Program-made: the position numbers and the translations under genes | Notes under the pieces: model-generated | What the model was told of the DNA's origin: nothing | The model's input: only the letters and a program-made list of their open reading frames with translations | Database searches by the model: none | In this document: positions 11,619 through 22,000 of the stretch, in pieces | How the letters are laid out: each line of letters starts with the position of its first letter | Position numbering within the stretch: position 1 is the first letter of the stretch | From: Rebecca billardiae RCC1528 | Lineage: Eukaryota; Protista; Haptophyta | Length of the DNA: 64,000 nt | Reading direction: 5' to 3' | Assembly: GCA_965240325.2 (NCBI GenBank) | Contig: OZ251232.1 | Span: 1,240,001-1,304,000, forward strand

Positions 11619-14600
11619 TGCCGCCGGGGCGGCCGCTGCCGCTGTTGTTGAAGCGCACGGCGCGATTGCGGCCGCGGCCGGGGCAGCACGAGGCGAGCTT
11701 CTGCGCGAGGTCGTCGCACGCGTCGCGCACGTCAAAGCTGGGCAGCACGATCGGCCGGCCCGAGCGCCGCCGCGCGAAGAGGAACGCGCCGGCGCCGGCC
11801 GCGCCGAGCAGCAGCAGCACGAGCAGCGAGATGAAGAAGATGGCCCAGCCGTTGAGCGACTTCCGACCGACCGAGGTGAACTGTCCGGGGAAGCCGTAGT
11901 CCGGGAGCATGGCGCACGGCTGCTTGCACTCCTGCCAGATGCCGCGCGACTCGTCCGTGAAGCACCACGGCCGCTTCCACCCGTCCTCCGTGCACCCCAT
12001 GTACGTGCGGCCCTTGTACGTGAACGCGGGCTCGCAGCGCACGTCGTCGACGGTGCACATGCGCTCCTCGCCCGGCGGAGGCACCTGCGAGCGGTCCCAC
12101 TCGTTCGGCTCCGTCTCCGAGCACTTCACTGCGCGCGCGCGAGGGGGGGCGCGGGGAGCGCGCGGGCGGGTGAGCGCGCGAGGGCCAGCGGCGCAGCCCG
12201 CCGCGCCTCGCGCGCGCGCCTCGCGCGTGCTGCGCGCCGTGTGCGCGCGCGCACAGTCAAAGCCGTGACCGGTGAGGTCGCGCGCCTTCACGCCCCACCC
12301 GTCGTTCATGCGCCAATACGCGGCGAGGCGCTTGGGCACGTTCTTCGACGCGCCGCCGGGGCGCAGCTCGAGCGGGAGCAGCGCGAGGTGCGTCGTGGTG
12401 ATCTGCGCGACCGTGCGCGCCTCGCCCCAGATGGCCACCTCGTCGAGCGCGCCGTGGAAAGTGCGGTGCGGGTACCGGCGCCACCCACCGAGCTGCACGC
12501 CCGCCGCGAGCGCGGGGTCGGCGTTCTTGCCGCTCGGCGGCGCCTGCGGGCGCAGCCGGCCCTTGACGGGGACGGAGGAGACGATCGCGCCGTCGAGCAC
12601 GACCTCGACGCGCGAGATCGCGTACACCACCGCGAGCTGCCGCCAGGACTCGTCCGGGTCGATGTAAACGCCCGTGCGCACGCGCCCCTCCGGCAGCATG
12701 GCCGCCTGCTCGTGCCCGTAGAGCGGCCCGACCATGTATGGCTGGTCGGAGCCCGGCGCGGTCTCGACCTTCTCGCGGTTGGCGCGCTCGACCTGCTTCC
12801 GCTCCGCCTCGCGCAGCTTGTTCAGCTTCGCCGCGTCGAGCTCCACCCCCTCGAACGCCCACGTCACCTCGCCGTCGCGCTCAAGCACTATCTGAAACGC
12901 CTGCTCGTCCAGCAGGAGCGCCTCCTCCGTGCCCGCGCGCCCGCCGTTCGAGCCGTCGGAGCGGAGCCACATCTGCACGGTGAGGCCGGCGGGCTTGCCG
13001 CCCACCTGCGCCTTGATGTCGCGCGTCGACTCGCAGCCCGACAGGTAGTTCCCCGAGAGGCGCAGCGCGTACCCCAGCGAGACCAGCCCGTTGGCAGAGT
13101 CGTCGGTGAGTGCGGTCGAGCGCGTCCACGCGCCTGCGGGCACGGGGATCGCCGCGCCGCCGCCGCCGCGCAGCGGCCCGCCGATGATGCCGTCGTTGCC
13201 CTTGCCGCTCTCGTCGAAGAGGCGGCCGCCGTGGCCGGTGTCCATCGAGTAGGAGAGGACGAGGTCCTTCGACTGCGGCGGCGCAGGCAGGGCGCGGGCG
13301 CGGGCGTGGGCGGCGCGCAGCAAGCACGGCAGGTGGGTGAGCGAGCGCGCGCGCGCCGGGGGCGGCGGCACGCGCGCGGGCTGCCTCCCTCGGCGCGGCG
13401 CCGCGCGCGGCGCGGCGGTGCGCGCACGTCGGACGGCAGCGCGTCGGGCAGCCGCTCGTGCCCGGTGAAGCGCGTCCACCGGTTGTTGGGCGGCTCGACT
13501 GCCGCGGTGTACGTCGCTGCGACCTCCTCCGCGCTGCGCTTGGTCGACCACATGCGGATCTCGTCGACCTCGCCGCACAGCTCGTGGTCGAGCTCGCCGC
13601 TCGGCGAGACGGCGCCGCCGATGACGAGCGGCGTGTCGCGCCGTGCGCTGATGTGGCCCTGCGTCGCAGCGGGCGGCGGCGGCAGCGGCAGCGGCGCGGC
13701 GCGGCGCGCGTCACGTCAGGCGGCGCGGGCGGCGCGCCTGCGTGCGTGGCGCGCGCCCGGGGCGCGGCGGGGCGCGGCGCGGGCGGGCGGCGGCGCGCAC
13801 CGCGCCGTGCTTGACGTCGAGCGCGGGCGCGCCGTTCATCATCAGCATCGCCTTCTCGTTGTCCACCGCGAACGCCACGTGCACCCACTGGCCCACAGGC
13901 ACGTCGTACTCCGCTTCCTTGTTGCCTGGCTTGAGATCGACACCCGGAGCGGCGACCGTGGGCGCGCCCGGGCCGCGGCGGCGGTTGTTGGTGATCGCCG
14001 CGGCCTCCTCGGTCGGCGTGGCGGTGGTCTGCGTGTTGTGCTTCTGGTTGCCCACCTTGAGGTACAGCTCGCCGCCGCCCTCGATGCCGAACTCGAACTC
14101 GCCCTCGCGAGATGCAATCACGCGGTGCCGGCCATAAGCTTCGTCCGGCGTCTCGTGTCCGGCGGCCGTGTTCGTCTCCTGCAGCGCGCGGCGGTGCTCG
14201 CCGTCCTCCTCGGCGAGGTGGTCGTCGAGGCGCTCGGCCGCGTCGATCGGCTCCTTCTTCGACGAGAGCCGCAGCCACAGCTCCATCGTCAGCCCGCCGC
14301 CGGCGTCGATCGATCCCGAGCCGGGCACGGCGATGTGCGAGGCGCCGCTCTCGAACGAGCAGCGGCCGAGGGCGAGTCCGTACCCGACGCCGAAGCGGCC
14401 GTCGAAGGAGCGCGCGATGGGCGAGGTGGCGCGCGCCCAGACGGCGCCGTTCTGGTTGAGCGCGAGGTGCCGCCCGTTGCCCGAGCGGTCCATCGTCATG
14501 TCGCCCAGCCCCTCGTCCAGCGGCCAGTAGCCCGCGAGCTCCGTCCCAATCGAGTGCCTCGCCTTGTCGAGCGCGCGCGACTCCTCGTCTGAGTCGAGGA

Positions 14601-17091
14601 TCAGCCGGCCGAGGAAGCGCGCGCGGATGTCCTCGATCGAGCGCGAGACGCTCCACAGGCGCACCTCGTGCAGCGCGCCCTTGAGCGGCCGGTCGCCCAT
14701 CCGGTCGTTGCCCAGGATCAGCGGCGGCTCGATGCCGTGCGTCTGCGGCCCGCCGCCGCCCGAGCCGCGCGGCACGTCCGAGCGCATCAGCTCGACGCCG
14801 TTCACGGCGAGGAGCACCGAGTTGGTGCGCAGGTTGGCGGAGAGCGCGACGTGGTACCACACGCCGGTCTCGGGCGTGAAGGCCGGCGTGCTGCGCACCA
14901 TCACCATCGGCGTGCCCGTCAGCGTGAACACCAGCACGGGCGCGCCGTGCTCCTCGTGGTCGGGCGCGGAGAGCGCCAGCTCAAACGCGCCGCCGCCGGT
15001 CGCGAGCACCTGCCCCTCGCGGTCCTTGGTGTGGCCGTTGTACACGAACCAGCACTCGAAGGTGAAGGCGCGGTCGCGCTTGAGGTCGAGCGCGCGCTCG
15101 CCCGTGACCGCGGGCACCCACGCGCCGTGGTCCCGCCCGGTGAACGCCAGCTCGAAGCGCTCGGGCTTCGGGTCGCGCGCCTGGCCCATCGCGAGTGACA
15201 TCGGTGACGTGCCGAGTCGCCATTCGTACTCGGAGCCCACGACGGTCGCGCCGCGCACCTCGTCGGGCTCGTCGCGCGAGCCGACGCCGTGCGCGGCGTA
15301 CGCGGTGCGCCCGCGGCCCTCGTCGAAGCTGTACGCCGCGAGCAGCCCGTCGAGCCGGTCGTCGTGCTCGAACGTCGGCGAGACCGCGTCGAGCATCATC
15401 GCGGCGAGCTCCTCTGCCGAGCGCGCCTTTGCCCAGACGCGCACCTCGTCCAGCACGCCCGCGTACGCCGAGTCGGCGTTGTGCAGCGTGCCGCCGATCT
15501 CGAGCGGGCCCTCGGTGCGCAGCAGGTCGCCGCCGTGCGCCTCCTTGTCCTGCCCGCACTGCACCCCGTCGATGAACGCGTACGCGCCGTGCTTGTCGAA
15601 GGTGAGCGCGACGTGCTGCCACCGGCCGCGCGTGAGCTTGCATGACGGGATCGGGATCTGCCCGTTCACGCCGCTCGAGCCGCGCGCGTTGCTGCGCCCG
15701 GCGAGGTAGTACCAGAGGACCATCTCGCCGGCGGAGTAGCCGAGCGCGTACGAGCCCTCCTTGTACAGCACCGTCAGCACGCGCGAGCTCTGGTGGTTCT
15801 TGTCGTGCGGCTGCAGCCACAGCTCGAAGGTGCCGTGCGCCTTGAGCTGCAGCTTGGAGCCCGAGTCGGACGCGATCACGTGCGTGCCCGCGTGCCCGCC
15901 GGTGAGCGCGAGCTCGGTGCCGCCGAGCGTGCGCGCGAGCGGGACGCGCTCGGCGCGCGAGCCGCCCGACTCCTCCAGCGTCGTCGCCGCCACCTTGATC
16001 AGGTGCCCCGGCTGCTCCGCCTTGGCCTTGTTCTTGTCCTTGTCGTAGCCGGAGTCGTCGTCCGAGAAGGAGTTGTAAGGAGTCAGGTGCAGGTCGGGCG
16101 GCTCGTCGAAGGCGGCGTTGTCGCGCACCTGCTTGGGCGGCTCGAGGACCGAGCGCGCGACCACGTTCTTCACCTCGCCGTTCTCGTCCTCCGCGTCCGC
16201 CGCCGTCACCGGCCAGTACGCGAAGAGCCCGTGCTTCCAAACGTCGTCCGGGTGGAACGACTGCAGCATGTTGCGCACGATCTCGCGCTGCGAGCGGCCG
16301 GTCATCCACACGCGGATGTCGTCCACCGCGCCGTGGAAGGTCTCGGAGGGCGTGTCCGGGTCGCCGCCGATCGTCAGGTCGCCCTCGTCCTCGATCCGCC
16401 CGGTCACCGTACGCCACACGACGCGGCGGCCGTCCGCGTACACGCCGAGGTGCGCGCCGTCGTATGCGAGCGCGACGTGCGTCCACGCCGAGAGCTCGAG
16501 CTCCTCGGGCGCGACGACGGCCTTGCTGAAGACGCCCTGGGCGAGCTGGCCGTCCACCTCGTCGATGAAGCGCAGGCCGTCCGCCGAGTACACCAGCTGC
16601 GCGTGCGGGCCGTGCACGCCGAAGCGCACGCTCGCGTGCGTCGTGAGCGCCCACTGCGTGTTCGAGCGCCGCTTGTTCGCGCCCATCGGCTTGAGCCACA
16701 TCTCGAAGGTGAAGCCGGGGCCGAGGGTGAAGGGCTCGTCCGTCATCAGCATCTCGCCGTCCCCGCCGTGGAACTCGAACGAGTGCGGCGAGGTGTCGTC
16801 GCCGTCGAGCAGCCCGACCGGCTCGCACGGCGCCCACGAGCCGGTGAACGCGCCCGCCGGGCCGGTCGAGCACCACGAGTCGCCGATCTGCGAGTCCTCG
16901 TACGTGCAGGTGTGGTACCGGGTCATCTCGAACTCGCGCCGCTTCAGCGCGTACAGGTCCGACTCCGGCATGTATGTGAACGGCAGCGTGCACTCGCCGA
17001 CAAGCGCCTGGCCCGACTTGGCATCCTCGCCCGCGCGCGCGGCGCGCGGCGCGGCGGCGGCGAGCAGCGCGAGCAGCGCGACGACGGGCAT
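11341..17091 (-). CDS. Type-I membrane protein: signal peptide, FN2, five LamG/ConA-like domains, FN2, TM, Gly/Asp-rich tail; exons 17091-13801, 13658-13428, 13272-12255, 12128-11341
   Basis: Five repeats of (F/L)T(F/M/V)(E/Q)xW...W.H/QVA...GA(V/L)DE(I/V)R(V/L)W; FN2-like CTLPFTY..YHTCT..WCST..WAPC and CEPAFTYKGRTYMGCT..PWCFT..WQEC; TM WAIFFISLLVLLLLGAAGAGAFLF followed by RRR. Three GT-AG introns (142, 155, 126 bp) join in frame. Confidence 0.85.
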
Positions 17092-17404
17092 GGAGGGGCG
17101 CGAAGGCGCCGACGCGGACCACATGTGCTCCCGGCTGTGCGGGGGGAGGCGGCGATGCGAACGGCCACCCGCGAGGCGCACAACGAAGGACACCGCCGTC
17201 GTCGTCGTCGGCAGCTGCTTGCGCTTCGTCTCGGCTGTATCTGCGCCGTTGAGGGGGGAAGAGGCCCGCCCTCAATCGCGGCGGGCTGGGCAGTTCGGCC
17301 CCGGACTTCCGTCGGGCAGTTGGGATAGCTATGGGATCTGCGGTCCGGGAGCGGGATCCGTAATCCTCAAGCTCCTCACGTCCAGGCTGGACGCCACCGC
17401 CAAC

Positions 17405-18880
17405 TCACACGGTGACAGTACTGTCGTCTGCTGTCCGCTCGAGCAGCAGCTTGCCACCCTCTGTGATGCGCCATCCATCCCTCGCCATCGTGGCGCCGAC
17501 CTCGGTGCCCTCGAGGGCACTCCAAAAGGCCGCGCTGTCCCGCTGGTCGTGGCAGATGAGCGCCACACCAAGTCCGACGCCAGCGCCGTGTTTGGCGTGG
17601 CTCGCTGCCGCCTTGCTTCCACCCGCGCCCGGCGCGGCCCAGTGCGCGCACGCCTCGGCGATGCGCACGGCGGCGCGGCGCGCACACGCCGGGCCGCAGA
17701 GCTCGGCGTCAAGGAACTCGCCATGCGGGCTGGGCTCGTGCGGCTCCTCCGCGCCCTCCTGCCGCAAGAGCAGGCGCATGCGCGAGCACGCCGCCGCGCA
17801 CGCGCGCGCGTCGCACGCGGCCGCGTGCTGGGCAGCCTGGCCGCAGCCCCAGCACTGGCGCTCCCACTGCAGGTTGGGGCTCGCGGACAGTCGGCGCGGC
17901 GGCGGCTCGTCGCGCAGATCGAGGCGCAGCTCGAACGGCTCCGCGCACGGCATGCTCAGCGAGGGGCCCGCCTCCCCCGCCTCTGCGAGCTCGGCCCCCG
18001 ACGAGCCAGCATCGGCCGCCGCGCCGCTTCGGGCGCGCTTCTTCAGACCACCGCCGGCCGGCCGGCGCGCACGCGCGTGCAGCGCGCTCGTGTGCCACGG
18101 CAGGACGTGGTGGCCCCGCTGTGCGCGGCCACTGAGCACGGCCGCGTCGAGCTCGGCCACGCTCCACCGTGCACGCGCGTCCTTCGGCGCGAGGTACCGC
18201 CTCGCCAGGAGCAGCTCGAACTGGAAGGCCGGCCGCCCCGACGCGGCGCTGCCAGCGCCGGCGCCGGCGCCGGTGCCGCCGTCAGCACGGCGCGCGCGCA
18301 CGACGCCCGCAGACACGAACGGGCCAAACTGATTCCTGCCCACGGCGACGGCGCGCGCGGCGGCGTGGTCGCGGCCGTGGCTCGTCGCGCCCGAAGCAGC
18401 GCCCGAGTCCGCGGGCCCGCAGACCATCAGCTCGTGCACCTCGTCCTTGTGCCACGTTTTGCCACCCTCACCCTCGAGCTCCCAGCCCCGGCCGGCGCTG
18501 AGCTGCGCGCGCAGGCCTGAGAGGAACGCGGGCGACCCGGGCGCCTGCGGATCGGCGCAGCATGGTATCCACGCCTCGCCCTCGCGGGCCTCGGACGCCG
18601 CGTCGACGACCGCAGGCTCCGGCGCACTCTCCACCTCGAACTGCATCAACGCGGTGGCGAGAGCGCGCGCGCTCGGAGCGGGCACCGCGCGCGCGTCCGC
18701 CATGTCGACAGAGACCCACGTGCCAGCCCACGCGATGTGGGCACGGAGCTCCCAGCATCCGCCGTTGGGGGCGCCCTTGTCAGGAACCCAGCGCTTCTCG
18801 GGGGACTCGAGCTTGATCGTGCCGCCCCAGACGAAGAGGCTGTCGCGCCACGACATGGAACGGACTTGACGAGCCGCCAT
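17405..18880 (-). CDS. Hypothetical protein with Cys-rich C-terminal region
   Basis: Plausible composition (SLFVWGG, WAGTWVS, GRNQFGPFVSAG, ARRYL) from ATG 18880; CWGC..C..C..C cluster; divergent from the PLC gene. Confidence 0.6.
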   Translation of the reverse strand: MAARQVRSMSWRDSLFVWGGTIKLESPEKRWVPDKGAPNGGCWELRAHIAWAGTWVSVDMADARAVPAPSARALATALMQFEVESAPEPAVVDAASEAREGEAWIPCCADPQAPGSPAFLSGLRAQLSAGRGWELEGEGGKTWHKDEVHELMVCGPADSGAASGATSHGRDHAAARAVAVGRNQFGPFVSAGVVRARRADGGTGAGAGAGSAASGRPAFQFELLLARRYLAPKDARARWSVAELDAAVLSGRAQRGHHVLPWHTSALHARARRPAGGGLKKRARSGAAADAGSSGAELAEAGEAGPSLSMPCAEPFELRLDLRDEPPPRRLSASPNLQWERQCWGCGQAAQHAAACDARACAAACSRMRLLLRQEGAEEPHEPSPHGEFLDAELCGPACARRAAVRIAEACAHWAAPGAGGSKAAASHAKHGAGVGLGVALICHDQRDSAAFWSALEGTEVGATMARDGWRITEGGKLLLERTADDSTVTV

Positions 18881-19060
18881 GGTACTGGATAGGGGTCCGG
18901 AAAGTGTCTCACCGGAAAGGTGGCGGTGCCCAAGAGAGCGTCCAAAATCCAACAAAATGGCCTATTGATGAGGCCAAAATCTTACCCAACTCTCAATACA
19001 ATATGCGATGAGTGGCGACAACATCTCCCGCGCCCCCGCCCCTGCCGCTGGGCCTCGCCC

Positions 19061-22000
19061 ATGGAGCCCCAAGCCCGTGAGGCTGAGGGCGCGGACAGCA
19101 GCGGGCGCATACCGGCGGGCGGCGGCGGCGCGCGGGACGCCTCCACCGATGGCGTAGCCGCCAATAAGGACATGTGGCCGCTGCGCCGGACCTCGGCCAA
19201 CTCAGACAGCAGCTCGCGCGCGCCGCCACGGCCGCGGCGGCCGTGTGCGGCCGTGATCGACGCGCCGGTCGACACGCAGCTCTGGCTGCTGATCGTGGGC
19301 GTGGACGCGCTGACGATGCTCGCGTACGCGTGCATCCTCGCCCTGCGCGGTGGCGGCCTCTCCGTCCGCTTCTACGCCACCTTGATCGGCATCGGCGCGC
19401 TCACGCTCGGCGCGCTCGGCGTGAACGCCGTGCACGGCGAGTCTGTGACCGACCTGCTCGCGGCGACGGCGGTGGGCGTGGCGGTGACGGCGGCGGTGGC
19501 GTACGAGCAGCTGAGCGCGTTCTTCCGCGCCGCCGACCCGCGCGCCGCCGCCGCCGCGAGCTGGGGCCTCCCCGCCGAGCTCGTCACGTTCGCCCCACTG
19601 GTCGTGCAGGCGTGCGTGCAGGCGTGCGCGTGCGCGCTCGCGTATCGCGCGCGCGGCCTGTTCGGCTGGCGCGTGTTCGAGCTGTTCGGCGCGGACCTGA
19701 CGCGGAAGCAGCAGCACGAGGCGTGGCTCCGGCTGCGCACGCTCTGCACGCTCGACCTCGCGCTGCTCCCACTGCAGCTCTTCGCGCTCGGCGCGCTGCT
19801 CGGCGCGGCGTGGCTGTGGCCGGTGGCGGTGGCGGCGGCGGCGCTCTCGGCGGCGACGACGCTCGGCCTGTTCGGCGGCGTGCTCGCGCACGCGCGCGCG
19901 CGGGCACGGCGCGCGCTGTGGCTCACGCTCGCGCTCACGCCGTGGTCGCCGCTCCTCCTCGCCTTCTCCGCGGTGCAGCGCGTGTTCGCCGAGCGCGGCG
20001 GCGCGGCTGCGGCGAGTGACGTCAGCGCGTCCGCGGCGGCCGCGTCCGGCGCGGCGACGCGCGAGGCGGCGCTCGACGGGCAGTGGGAGCCGGCGGTGCT
20101 GGTGACGCTGCTCTCGCTCGTGCTCGTGCGCGCCGCGCTCTTCCACGCGCTGCGCACCAGCGCGCCGCTCTTCGACGCGCAGCGCGGCGCGCCGCCCGGC
20201 GGGCGCGCGCGCGCGCCGCGCGATCTCCCGCCCGAGATTGCAGCGGCGTGCAGCGAGGATGAGCGGGCGCAGCTGCGGCAGCTGCTGCGCGGGGCGCACG
20301 TGCGGCTGCGGCAGGCGCGGCGCGTGCGCGCCGAGGCGCAGCGCGGCGGCGCCCTCGAGCGCGGCCACCACGGCCTCGACAGCAGCACGAGCGGCCGGCA
20401 CGGCGGCGGCGGCGGCGGCGGCGGCGACGGCGGCGGCGGCGGCGGCGGCTCGCCGCTGCGCCGCGAGACGTCGAGCGCCACGGACATCTTCGAGTCCGGC
20501 GGCGCGGCGGCGGCGGCTCGGCCGGCGCACGTGGCGCACGCCTCGTCGAGCAGCCTCGACGCCGCCGCGCCGCCGCAGCCGCCGCAGCCGCCGCTCCGCT
20601 TCGAGCGCGCGCGCGGCGCGCGCCGCTTCGTGCAGCTCGCGCCCGACTGTGGGACCATGCGTTGGTCTTGGGCTGATTACGTGCTGCTGGAAGAGCTGGT
20701 GGGGCTGTACGCGGTGGGCGGGGCGGGCGGCGGGCCGGGCGCGGGGCCGCCCGCGGGCGAGGGCCCCGCGCACGCCGCGCCGCGCCGCGCCGACAGCGCC
20801 TCCTCCGCCTCCGCCTCCGCGTCCGCGCGCGCCGTCGGCGCGGACGGCGGCGTCGGCGCAGAGGAAGGCCTGGGTGCCGATGACGGCGCTCGCTCGCTCG
20901 TGCTCGTGTACGGCGGCGGGCGCGCGCGGCGCGCGGTGGAGCTGGAGTTCGACAGCGCGGAGCAGCGCGCCGTGTGGCACTCCGCGCTCGCGCTCCTCCT
21001 CGAGCGCGACGGCGGCGCCTCCGCCATCGACGCTGAGTTGAAAGAACACCTCAGGCTGCTGTTCAGAGCTGTCGACCGCGACGCCACGGGCTCGATCTCG
21101 GCGGCGGAGATGCGGCCGTTTCTGCAGCTGCTGAACTGGGAGCCGAGCCGGCGGGTGCTGCGCGCGCTGGTGGCCGAGCTCGACGAGGACGGCTCGGGCG
21201 ACCTCTCCTTCGCCGAGTGCGTCCGCCTCCTCGGCCGCGTGCAGCGCACCGACACCTCGCGCCCACAGCACCCGGCCTCGAGTGTTTACAGGCGGTACGC
21301 GCGCCACTCGGAGGGACTCATGACCTTCGCCGACTTCGCCGCGTTCTGGGGCGCGGAGCAGGGCGGCGGGGCGGTGCCGCCGCCGATGCTCGACGCGTGG
21401 GAGCGCCTCGCCACCGCGGACACGGGCGGCGGCTACGTCGACGCCGAGCGCTTCGGACGGCTGCTCCATGACCCATCCAACTGCGCGTGTGGCGCGGACG
21501 CGCAGCCCGAGCCATCCGATTCGGAGCCGCTGTCGCACTACTTGATCGCGTCGAGCCACAACACGTACCTGACGGGGGACCAGCTGCGGAGCGCGTCGAC
21601 GGCGGAGATGTACGAGCGCGCGCTGCTCCTCGGCTGCCGCTGCGTCGAGCTGGACGTGCACGACGGCGCGGACGGCCGACCCGAGCTCAAGCACGGAAAC
21701 ACGCTCACGTCCCGGCTTAGGCTGGACGACTGCCTGCGCAGCATCAGGGCGGCCGCGTTCGTGCGCACGTCGCTGCCGCTGATCCTGTCGCTCGAGGTGC
21801 ACTGCTCGGTGCGCCAGCAGGCGGCGCTCGCCGCCGCGCTGCGCGCGCACTTTGGCGACGCGCTGCTGCTGCCGCAGCGCACGGCCGCGAGCGCGCGCGC
21901 CCTCCCGACTCTACGCGCGCTGCGGAACAAGGTCGTGGTCAAGGCGAAGCTGCGGCCGGTGGACTCGGCGCCGCCGGCGGACGCGGCCGGCGGCGGGGCG

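Noticed and set aside
11215-14592. 1125-aa plus-strand ORF, and similar long ORFs (19202-21850 -, 16118-18520 +, 60430-62331 +)
   Set aside because: Antisense shadow frames of real genes; Arg/Ala-rich, motif-free, and expected at this GC content.
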